Positions 37,207-45,342 of a stretch of 64,000 nt of DNA are shown here, piece by piece. A program made the translations under genes and the position numbers. This stretch comes from Oscillospiraceae bacterium (lineage in GTDB: Bacteria > Bacillota > Clostridia > Oscillospirales > CAG-272): contig SVQI01000001.1 in the NCBI GenBank assembly GCA_015065455.1, positions 61,090-125,089 of the forward strand, given 5' to 3'. Each line of letters begins with the position of its first letter. Within the stretch, counting starts at the first letter, position 1. The notes under the pieces are model-generated. The model was given only the letters and a program-made list of their open reading frames with translations, did no database searches and was not told where the DNA came from.

Positions 37207-37971
37207 GTGGGAAAAATAATAACGTTTGCCAACCAAAAAGGCGGTGTCGGTAAGACCACGTCCGCCGTAAATATTGCCGCAGAGGCAGGTTTGGCAGGCA
37301 AAAAGGTTTTATTAGTTGACAACGACCCTCAGGGCAACGCGACAAGCGCCGTTGGACTTTTTGACAAACGAAACATAAAATACTCTACGTACAGCACCAT
37401 AATCGAACCCGAAACCGTTCGCAACGCCGTTCACAAAACTGCTTACAAAAATTTGGACGTTATGCCGTCTAATATGAACCTTGCAGGCGCAGAAATTGAG
37501 ATAATTGAGTTCAACGACAGACACAAAAGATTAAAAAACGCGCTTGACCAGATAAAAGACGATTACGACTACATATTTATAGACTGCCCTCCCACCCTTG
37601 GACTCTTGACAGTGAATGCACTCGTTGCATCTGACGGAATTATAATTCCTATGCAGTGCGAATATTTTGCTCTCGAAGGATTGGCACAGCTTTCTGTCTC
37701 AATCAAAAAAGTAAAACAGATGTACAACCCGTCTCTCGAGCTTGTGGGCATACTGATTACTATGTATAACGGCAGACTCAACTTGTCAATTCAGGTTATG
37801 TCGGAGCTAAAAAAATATTATGCAGACAAGCTGTTTAAGACGGTTATTTCAAGAAACGTAAGACTCAGCGAAGCGCCAAGTTATGGAAAGCCGATTAAAT
37901 ACTTTGATAAGTACTCAAAAGGCTCTTTAAGCTACGCTGAGGTTACACAAGAAATTTTCGAAAGAATTTAA
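37207..37971 (+). CDS. soj: Chromosome partitioning ATPase ParA/Soj
   Basis: Deviant Walker A NQKGGVGKTT. GTG start lies after GGAGGAAG. Confidence 0.9.
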   Translation: MGKIITFANQKGGVGKTTSAVNIAAEAGLAGKKVLLVDNDPQGNATSAVGLFDKRNIKYSTYSTIIEPETVRNAVHKTAYKNLDVMPSNMNLAGAEIEIIEFNDRHKRLKNALDQIKDDYDYIFIDCPPTLGLLTVNALVASDGIIIPMQCEYFALEGLAQLSVSIKKVKQMYNPSLELVGILITMYNGRLNLSIQVMSELKKYYADKLFKTVISRNVRLSEAPSYGKPIKYFDKYSKGSLSYAEVTQEIFERI

Positions 37972-37980
37972 GGGGATATT

Positions 37981-38868
37981 ATGGCTAAGGAAAAGGGGTC
38001 AGGCAGAGGTCTTGACGCGATTTTTATTGATAATTATGAAATGGAATCGGACAAAACACAGGGCGTTACCACACTGCGCTTGAGCGATATCGAGCCCGAG
38101 CCGACACAGCCGCGTTCGATTTTTGATCACGAACCGCTTGAAGAGCTTGCATCTTCAATCGCAACACACGGATTATTGCAGCCCATCGTTGTAAGAGAGG
38201 GCGGCAACGGATATTATAAGATTATCGCTGGTGAAAGGCGCTGGAGAGCTTCAAAAATGGCAGGTCTTACAGAAGTGCCCGTTATTATTATTGAAGCTGA
38301 CGACAGAAAAGCCGCAGAACTTTCACTTATAGAAAACTTGCAGAGAGAAAACCTTAACCCAATCGAAGAAGCATCGGCTTTTAAAGCATTGATTGAGGAA
38401 TATGACCTGACTCAAGAGGAAGTTTCTTCCAGAATTGGTAAAAGCAGGTCAGCTGTTGCAAACTCTATGCGCTTACTCGACCTTCCAAAAGAAGTATTGG
38501 AGCTCGTTAAGGGCAACGACCTTTCAGCAGGACACGCGAGAGCCTTGCTTGGCTTGACAAACAGAGCAATTATGCCCGAGGTTGCAAAAAAAGTAATCGC
38601 GAAAGGGCTTTCGGTAAGACTTACCGAGGATTTAGTACGTTCTTTGAACAAAAAAGAGGCTTTTGCAAATAAAGAAGAAGACGTAATCACCGAAGTTTCG
38701 GTTAACTACATCGCAGATCTTGAAAAAAGAGTTGCATCACATATAGGCAGAATCATTAAGATTCGCGAAAAAGGAAAGAAAAAAAGACTGGAAATTGAAT
38801 ACAGCGACAATTCTGACCTTGAAAATATTATCAAAAAGCTTTGCGGCAGTACGTTTTTTGATGATTGA
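37981..38868 (+). CDS. spo0J: Chromosome partitioning protein ParB/Spo0J
   Basis: ParB box IIAGERRWRAS plus HTH. The gene follows soj. Confidence 0.9.
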   Translation: MAKEKGSGRGLDAIFIDNYEMESDKTQGVTTLRLSDIEPEPTQPRSIFDHEPLEELASSIATHGLLQPIVVREGGNGYYKIIAGERRWRASKMAGLTEVPVIIIEADDRKAAELSLIENLQRENLNPIEEASAFKALIEEYDLTQEEVSSRIGKSRSAVANSMRLLDLPKEVLELVKGNDLSAGHARALLGLTNRAIMPEVAKKVIAKGLSVRLTEDLVRSLNKKEAFANKEEDVITEVSVNYIADLEKRVASHIGRIIKIREKGKKKRLEIEYSDNSDLENIIKKLCGSTFFDD

Positions 38869-39377
38869 TGTTTTTTACAGAATCGAGGTATTGTTATATG
38901 ATGATAAAAATTAACCTTCCCGACTTTTCATTTTTTACAAATTACGACCCCCGAAGCCTTACGATGATTTTTTCCGCCTTTCTTATAGGAATCGTTATAG
39001 CATCGGCGGCCACGATATACAGACAGCTTTTCTTAGGCGGAATCGTGCGCAACGTTCTTTCAAAAAAAGCATTATCCATAGACACCGCGCTGACTCTTGA
39101 AGAATTGGGATATAAGAAAAATAATATTTTTATAAAACTTGCACTCCGAAAGAAATCGACGTTCAGAAAGACCGTACACGCCGAAACAAACGAACAAGGC
39201 AAAACGGTATACTACATTCCCGAAGATATCTCGGCAAGAGAAGAAATAAGATTCCGCAAAAAAGGAAACGGAATCGCATGGATAGCAGTGGGAGTTATAG
39301 TTTTCACAGCTGCCGCATTTGCCGCGCTCACACTTGTTCCTTTCTTTTCAGAAGAAATTAAAAACATTATTTCCTAA
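38868..39377 (+). CDS. Hypothetical membrane protein (two TM helices)
   Basis: The ORF overlaps the spo0J stop (TGATG). An alternative ATG at 38898 has a GAGG RBS. TM helices lie near both ends. No family recognised. Confidence 0.45.
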   Translation: MFFTESRYCYMMIKINLPDFSFFTNYDPRSLTMIFSAFLIGIVIASAATIYRQLFLGGIVRNVLSKKALSIDTALTLEELGYKKNNIFIKLALRKKSTFRKTVHAETNEQGKTVYYIPEDISAREEIRFRKKGNGIAWIAVGVIVFTAAAFAALTLVPFFSEEIKNIIS

Positions 39378-39402
39378 CCTACACTGAATCGAGGTATATG
39401 AA

Positions 39403-40239
39403 ATGAACAACAACATTCAAGCAAGAACTCCCACAAGAAGAAAAAGACCACCTCAAAAGAAGTACAACAAAACAGGCAGACTTTTGCTCGTTATGGCGGT
39501 AGCTTCATTGTTAGCAATACTCGTAATATTTATTGTTGGATTTATTATAGGATACAGATACATTACGGTAAAAACAGACGACGGAACTATTAAATATTTT
39601 GGCACCGTTGATGCTACCGGTATGCTGAAAAAAGGCACTCTTTATTTCTCAAACGGAAACAAAGGTCTGGTTGACGGCAAAAAGAGTACAATAACCTATA
39701 CAAACGGCGACGTTTATACCGGCGGATTATCCCAGCTTCAGAAAAACGGCGAGGGAACACTGAAATATAAGAACGGAGACGTTTACGAGGGTGGATTTAA
39801 GGACAATCAGTTCTCGGGAAAAGGCGTATTTAAATACAAAAACGGAGACGTTTACGAGGGCGAATATAAAGAAGGTCTTATGGACGGAGAAGGAAAATAC
39901 ACCTGGTCCGACGGCTCTTCTTACGAGGGTGAATTTAAAGCAAACAAGCGTAACGGCCTCGGAAAATTTACAATAACCGATAGCTCATACTACGAAGGCA
40001 GCTACGTGAATGATGCAAAAGAAGGCAAGGGTAAGTATGTTTTTGAAAACGGCGACGTTTACGAAGGCGACTACAAAGCCGACATCAGAACAGGCAAAGG
40101 CACGTACACCTGGGCAAACGGTGAATGCTATACGGGTGATTTTGTAAACAACGATATGCACGGCTACGGCAAATACACATGGCCAAGCGGCAGAGTCTAC
40201 GAAGGCAAATTCCATCAGGGAAAAATTGTTGTTGAATAA
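39403..40239 (+). CDS. MORN-repeat membrane-anchored protein
   Basis: One N-terminal TM helix, then about 9 tandem repeats of Y.NGD.YEG....G...G.G. Confidence 0.75.
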   Translation: MNNNIQARTPTRRKRPPQKKYNKTGRLLLVMAVASLLAILVIFIVGFIIGYRYITVKTDDGTIKYFGTVDATGMLKKGTLYFSNGNKGLVDGKKSTITYTNGDVYTGGLSQLQKNGEGTLKYKNGDVYEGGFKDNQFSGKGVFKYKNGDVYEGEYKEGLMDGEGKYTWSDGSSYEGEFKANKRNGLGKFTITDSSYYEGSYVNDAKEGKGKYVFENGDVYEGDYKADIRTGKGTYTWANGECYTGDFVNNDMHGYGKYTWPSGRVYEGKFHQGKIVVE

Positions 40240-40248
40240 TAGAAATTT

Positions 40249-40281
40249 AATGCGCTGTTTTAACAAACAGCGCATTTTTTA
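40249..40281 (+). terminator. Intrinsic terminator after the MORN-repeat gene
   Basis: AATGCGCTGTTT-taac-AAACAGCGCATT running into TTTTTT. Confidence 0.75.
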
Positions 40282-40287
40282 TATTAT

Positions 40288-40960
40288 GTTGTCGGGTCGG
40301 AGGGAGAGATAATTGTTAATTATTTGATTGCAATATTGTTTGTTTAAACCGTTCATTTTTCTCTCCCTCAGTCAAAAACAAGTTTTTGACAGCTCCCTCG
40401 TCAGATGGAGCTAAAAGATACATTTTTAAAAAATCGGGACGTCGAGGAAGGGGTTCCCCGAAACGCACGAAGTAAGTTTTGAGGGTTCTCGTGTGCGCCG
40501 TCCCCTACCAAATTAGGCAATACCACTTTTGCAAACCAAGGGGGGTACCGAGGGAGGAACGCCCTCGGCCGTTTGAAAGGGAGGGGTCAAGGGGAGGGGA
40601 GGATCGGAACTCCCTCTCCCCTTTGTGCCTTCTTTGGTTACTTTCTTGGCACGCAAGAAAGTAACGTAAAAAAAGAAAAGACAATATTATCTGTTTAAAA
40701 CGTTTGCTTTTCTCTCCCTCAGTCAAAAACAAGTTTTTGACAGCGTCTACTGCGGTTCGGTCACGGCTCGGCTCTGACATCACACCGTGATGTCATTCAC
40801 TCCCTCGCCGCCGCTTCGCTACCTCGTCAGATGGAGCCGAGAATTACGCGCTTCGCGCGTAAAAAGACACAGAATGTCAGCTTCTTTGCTCCCAAACCCA
40901 CACAAGAGGAGAACTTTTAAAAAAGTGCCCTCTTGACTCCCTCAAAACTTTTAATAAAAA
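40288..40960 (+). repeat. Mosaic intergenic repeat, locus C (5'-truncated N, L, S, N-arm fragment, degenerate K, T, H)
   Basis: 40291-40666 aligns almost base for base with 19466-19840. Confidence 0.9.
40531..40666 (+). repeat. Module S copy 3
   Basis: Same architecture. Invariant hairpin at 40637-40665. Confidence 0.7.
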
Positions 40961-40983
40961 ATATTATATTATTTTTTTCAAAT

Positions 40984-41018
40984 CAAAAGACATTATTCAA
41001 AAGAATAATGTCTTTTTT
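40984..41018. terminator. Hairpin terminator at the 3' end of the XRE-membrane gene (stronger T-run on the + strand)
   Basis: AAGACATTATTC-aaaa-GAATAATGTCTT. TTTTTT follows on the + strand and TTTTGATTT on the - strand. Confidence 0.55.
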
Positions 41019-41022
41019 CTAT

Positions 41023-41631
41023 TTATTTTCTTTTTCCAAGCATAGACCACATAAATATTATCATTTGCCCCGGTATTCCAACCAGAAACAACATCTTTAT
41101 ATCTATGCCAAATACGTAAAACGTCAAATAAAATGCAAGAAGCGTTGACCACACCAATATAGATATAATCATGTAATTCGTTCTCTTGCTGAACCATATA
41201 GAATTAAACACAAGCCACACAATAGCAGAAACCGGTATCGCATACACAAAAGGAAGCATATGCGCGTACATAATCTTCGTCGTTAAATCAAGAATAACAA
41301 ATATTAAGGTTGCAACAAACCACACAAGCGCAACTGAAAGGCTCATTATATCTATCTGCTTGCGCTTTCTCACACTCTCATCTATAATCGGATTCTGTAC
41401 AGCTTTACTGTGCTTTTCCTCAACCAAATAGTCAAGCGTTACGTCAAACAGATCTGCAATATCTTTTAAAACAACAACGTCGGGTATTGATTCTGCCCTT
41501 TCCCATTTAGATACGGCTTTGTCGGAATAATTCAGTTTTTCGGCAACCTGAAGCTGTGTCATTCCCTTTGCCATGCGAAGCTCGGTTATGTTTTTTGCAA
41601 TTATACGCTTCATATCGTACATATCAACCAT
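41023..41631 (-). CDS. XRE-family HTH regulator fused to a multi-pass membrane domain
   Basis: N-terminal HTH_3 pattern (LRMAKGMTQLQVAEKLNYSDKAVSKWERAESIPD) followed by about 4-5 hydrophobic helices. Confidence 0.75.
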   Translation of the reverse strand: MVDMYDMKRIIAKNITELRMAKGMTQLQVAEKLNYSDKAVSKWERAESIPDVVVLKDIADLFDVTLDYLVEEKHSKAVQNPIIDESVRKRKQIDIMSLSVALVWFVATLIFVILDLTTKIMYAHMLPFVYAIPVSAIVWLVFNSIWFSKRTNYMIISILVWSTLLAFYLTFYVFGIDIKMLFLVGIPGQMIIFMWSMLGKRK

Positions 41632-41835
41632 AACTTATCCCCCGTAAAACGTTTTAGTCTGTTCTTCTTATCAATTACACAAACAAACTCTAAAACATAT
41701 TTTACCATACTTTTCACAATAAATCAAGTCCAAAAAATCAGCCTATTAAGCCACTCTCTCTTGACAGTAGAGTTGCCTCTCTACTACTCTACTACACTGT
41801 TTTTAAACAGTATAGCCGTTTACTTCAATAGTAGG

Positions 41836-41864
41836 TTGATATTATTATCCCAGATATATAGAAT
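41836..41864 (+). promoter_or_regulatory. Putative promoter of the acyltransferase/GT8 operon
   Basis: TTGATA, a 17-nt spacer, then TAGAAT. A 7-bp-stem palindrome ACTGTTT-TT-AAACAGT lies at 41796-41811 just upstream and could be an operator. Confidence 0.45.
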
Positions 41865-41908
41865 AAAAGTATATTTTTTAAAAGCCAACCGAAAGGCGCT
41901 ATGCGTTT

Positions 41909-42700
41909 ATGAAAGAAAATACACCCAAAAAAACAATATACTACACCGACGAGCTGAACGACGAATTTTCCAAGGCAATAATAACACCAAAGAAAATTGA
42001 CTCAAGCTGGAAATACGTCGACGACCGTCCGTTCAAAAAATTTACCCACTTCTTTTGGTACAGAATAATTGCTACCCCTCTTGCTTGGGTATTTTTAAAA
42101 ATAAAATTCGGTCATAAGATAATTGGCCGAGAGCTTTTACCCAAGAAAAAGAAAGACAAAAGAAACGGCTTTTTTATATACGGAAATCACACGCAGGATA
42201 TAGCCGATGCTTTGATACCCTCAATGCTCTGCTTTCCAAAAGACGTATACGTAGTCGTTCACCCCAACAACGTTTCAATGCCTTTTCTCGGCAGAATTAC
42301 GCCAAGCATGGGCGCCTTACCGCTTCCCGAGGACATGGGCGGTTTCAGAAATCTGCTTTCTGCAATAAAGAAAAGAGTAAACGACGGAAACGCGCTCTGT
42401 ATTTATCCCGAGGCACATATATGGCCGTACTACACGTCTATCCGCCCCTTCCCTGATGACTCCTTCGGCTATCCCGTCAATCAGAAAAAGCCGGTGTACT
42501 GTTTTACAAACACGTATCAAAAGACAAAAAGCAAAGTAAGGATAGTAACATATATCGACGGCCCGTTTTTGCCCGACGAAACCAAGTCCCGCGCAGAACA
42601 GAAGAAAGAATTAAGAGATATAGTATATAAAACAATGACCGAACGGTCAAAAAACAGCAACATTAAGGTAATCGAATACATCAGGAGAAAAGATAAATGA
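41909..42700 (+). CDS. Lysophospholipid-acyltransferase (PlsC/LPLAT)-like protein
   Basis: YGNHTQDIAD and IYPEAHIW blocks are present. It is a paralogue of the C-terminal domain of the 597-aa protein downstream, which carries NHFNAFD and FYPEQSMW. The H(x)4D box is atypical here. Confidence 0.55.
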   Translation: MKENTPKKTIYYTDELNDEFSKAIITPKKIDSSWKYVDDRPFKKFTHFFWYRIIATPLAWVFLKIKFGHKIIGRELLPKKKKDKRNGFFIYGNHTQDIADALIPSMLCFPKDVYVVVHPNNVSMPFLGRITPSMGALPLPEDMGGFRNLLSAIKKRVNDGNALCIYPEAHIWPYYTSIRPFPDDSFGYPVNQKKPVYCFTNTYQKTKSKVRIVTYIDGPFLPDETKSRAEQKKELRDIVYKTMTERSKNSNIKVIEYIRRKDK

Positions 42701-43551
42701 TAAACATACTGTACGCAGGAAACGATAAGGTTTTCGACGGAATGTTGACTTCCGCATTATCTATACTCAAGCGCACAAAAACAAAAGAGCCCTTTTGTTT
42801 TTACGTTTTCACAATGGACGTTTCCCACATCAAGCCCGAGTATCTACCCATCAACGAAAGACAGCTCTCTTTTTTTGAAAAAGTAATAAAGGAATACAAC
42901 CAAGACAACTCGGTTAAAATAATCGACGTAACCGACCTATACAAAGAAGAATTTGCAAATTGCCCCAACGAGCAGGCATACTGCTCTCCATATACGCTCA
43001 TTCGTCTTTTTGCAGACAAAATAGACTGTATTCCTCAAAAAATTCTGTATCTTGACGCTGACATTATGTTCAACAGAGATATTACTCTGCTCTATAACTA
43101 CGATATAGAAGAATACGAGTATGCTGCTTCTCCCGACCACTACGGCAAATACTTAATCAGCCCCCATTACATTAACGCGGGTGTATTGCTGTTAAATATG
43201 GATATGATAAGAAAAACAAAGCTTTTGGAAAAAGCAAGGCAGCTTATAAAACAGAAAAAACTTGTCTTTGCTGACCAGAGTGCGATTATACGCAGTACGA
43301 CAAAAAAATACGTACTTCCGCAGAGATTCAACGACCAAAAATTTCTTCACAAATGGACGGTTGTCAGACATTTCAGCAAAAGGCTGTTCTGGCTTCCCTA
43401 TCCGCACACGGCAAACATAAAACAATGGCACGTAGACCTTGTGCATACGGTGTTTAAATATCATCAATTTGACGATATTCTTGATGAATACCTTTACCTA
43501 AAGAAGATTTACCAAAAAGAACAGCTCAAACAAGGAGAAAAAGTAATATGA
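42697..43551 (+). CDS. Glycosyltransferase family 8
   Basis: GT8 pattern: the N-terminal NILYAGNDKVF...S.LSIL block, DxD (YLDADIMF), INAGVLLLN and ADQSAI. Start overlaps the previous stop. Confidence 0.75.
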   Translation: MINILYAGNDKVFDGMLTSALSILKRTKTKEPFCFYVFTMDVSHIKPEYLPINERQLSFFEKVIKEYNQDNSVKIIDVTDLYKEEFANCPNEQAYCSPYTLIRLFADKIDCIPQKILYLDADIMFNRDITLLYNYDIEEYEYAASPDHYGKYLISPHYINAGVLLLNMDMIRKTKLLEKARQLIKQKKLVFADQSAIIRSTTKKYVLPQRFNDQKFLHKWTVVRHFSKRLFWLPYPHTANIKQWHVDLVHTVFKYHQFDDILDEYLYLKKIYQKEQLKQGEKVI

Positions 43552-45341
43552 ATAAAGAAATAATTCCGATTTTCTACGCAGTTGACGACGATTTTGCAAA
43601 ATACGCGGCAGTTTCAATTCAGTCATTAACAGATAACGCTGACAAATCAAGAAAATATCATATATACGTTTTGAATTCGGGTATTTCCGAGGAAAACAAA
43701 ACAGCGCTCAAAAAATACGAGAACGAGGTGTTTTCAATTTCCTTTCCCGACGTAACTTCTTGGCTCGATTCGGTTAACGATAAGCTTCCGGTTCGCGATT
43801 ATTATACAAAAACCACTTATTACAGACTGTTTATTCCCGATATGTATCCCGAATACGAAAAGGCTGTATATATCGACAGCGACACCGTTGTCGTCGGTGA
43901 CATATCCGAGCTTTACGATCACGACTTAAGGGATAATTACGTAGCTGCAGCGCACGAACAGGTAATGCTTCAGGAAAAAGTATATGGAGACTACGTAGAA
44001 AAGGTATTAGGCATTGACCGCAACACCTATTTTAACGCGGGCGTATTAGTGCTTAACTGCCATGCATTCAGAGAAAAGCACTTGCTTGTAAGATTTATCG
44101 AGCTTCTATCAGAGTATAACTTTGTTGTAACTCAGGATGAGGATTATCTTAACATTATCTGCAAGGACAGAGTATTATGGGTTAACTCTGCTTGGAATGC
44201 AGAAGTGTTTGGAACTCTCCCCTGCGAAGAAAACGAAATGAAAATAATTCACTACATTATGGTTTCAAAGCCCTGGCACTACGTTGACTGCCGCCTGGGT
44301 AATTATTTCTGGGAATACACATCAAAAACGTCTTTTGCGGACCTTATAAAGAAAGAATTTGAATCATACACAGATGAACAGAGAAAAAATGACTCTGATT
44401 CCTGTAACCGCTTAATGCAATCAGCTATAAATGAAATAAACAGACCCGACAACTATCTGAACCAACAAAGAAAAGCACAAGCACCCGACAGAATAGAGGT
44501 TTTAAGAAGAATTGAAGCGCTTGAAAACTCAGGCGTATTTGATAAAGACGTCGAAGACGACCCGCCGTGTGAAGAATTATCGGCAGACCAGATAGAATAC
44601 GTAAAAAAGACGTTGATTGACAAAGCAAAGACCAAGACCGCTTTTTTTGCAGCAGGACTTTTTGTTAAAAAATTGCTTCGCGATAAACAGATGATAATTA
44701 AAGATATCGTAGGGATAGAGAATTTTAAAGAGCTTAACAGCGGCGCAATTATAACCTGCAACCACTTTAACGCGTTTGACAGCTTTGCTATGCAGATGGC
44801 TTACTACGCATCAGGACAAAAGTCAAGAAAATTTTATAGGGTTATAAGAGAGGGAAACTATATGAGCTTCCCCGGATTTTACGGCTTTTTGATGAGAAAC
44901 TGCGACACACTCCCGCTTTCATCAAGCAAGGCAACGATGATAAAATTTGTTCGCGGCGTAAACGAAATACTGAAGTCTGGTCATTTTATTCTGTTCTATC
45001 CCGAACAGAGCATGTGGTGGAATTACAGAAAACCGAAGCCTTTAAAAGAGGGCGCGTACACGATGGCGGCAAAAAACAACGTGCCTGTTCTTCCCTGCTT
45101 TATAACGATGAAGGATAGCGACGTTATGGGAAAAGACGGATTTTACGTTCAGGAGTATACAATTCATATAGAAAAGCCCATTTACCCTTGCGCAGACAAA
45201 AAGCACAAGGAAAATTGCATCTATATGATGAACAAAAACTACGAAGTGTGGAAGGAAATTTACGAAAGAGAGTACGGTATACCCTTAAAATACACCACAG
45301 CAAAAAAAGAAGAAGCCGAAAACACAGAAAACGCAGGCTAA
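43548..45341 (+). CDS. Fusion protein: N-terminal glycosyltransferase family 8 plus C-terminal LPLAT-like acyltransferase
   Basis: GT8 blocks (IFYAVDDDFAKYAAVSIQSL, YIDSDTVVVGD, FNAGVLVLN, TQDEDYLN), then acyltransferase blocks (CNHFNAFD with H(x)4D, FYPEQSMWW). Confidence 0.75.
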   Translation: MNKEIIPIFYAVDDDFAKYAAVSIQSLTDNADKSRKYHIYVLNSGISEENKTALKKYENEVFSISFPDVTSWLDSVNDKLPVRDYYTKTTYYRLFIPDMYPEYEKAVYIDSDTVVVGDISELYDHDLRDNYVAAAHEQVMLQEKVYGDYVEKVLGIDRNTYFNAGVLVLNCHAFREKHLLVRFIELLSEYNFVVTQDEDYLNIICKDRVLWVNSAWNAEVFGTLPCEENEMKIIHYIMVSKPWHYVDCRLGNYFWEYTSKTSFADLIKKEFESYTDEQRKNDSDSCNRLMQSAINEINRPDNYLNQQRKAQAPDRIEVLRRIEALENSGVFDKDVEDDPPCEELSADQIEYVKKTLIDKAKTKTAFFAAGLFVKKLLRDKQMIIKDIVGIENFKELNSGAIITCNHFNAFDSFAMQMAYYASGQKSRKFYRVIREGNYMSFPGFYGFLMRNCDTLPLSSSKATMIKFVRGVNEILKSGHFILFYPEQSMWWNYRKPKPLKEGAYTMAAKNNVPVLPCFITMKDSDVMGKDGFYVQEYTIHIEKPIYPCADKKHKENCIYMMNKNYEVWKEIYEREYGIPLKYTTAKKEEAENTENAG

Positions 45342-45342
45342 G

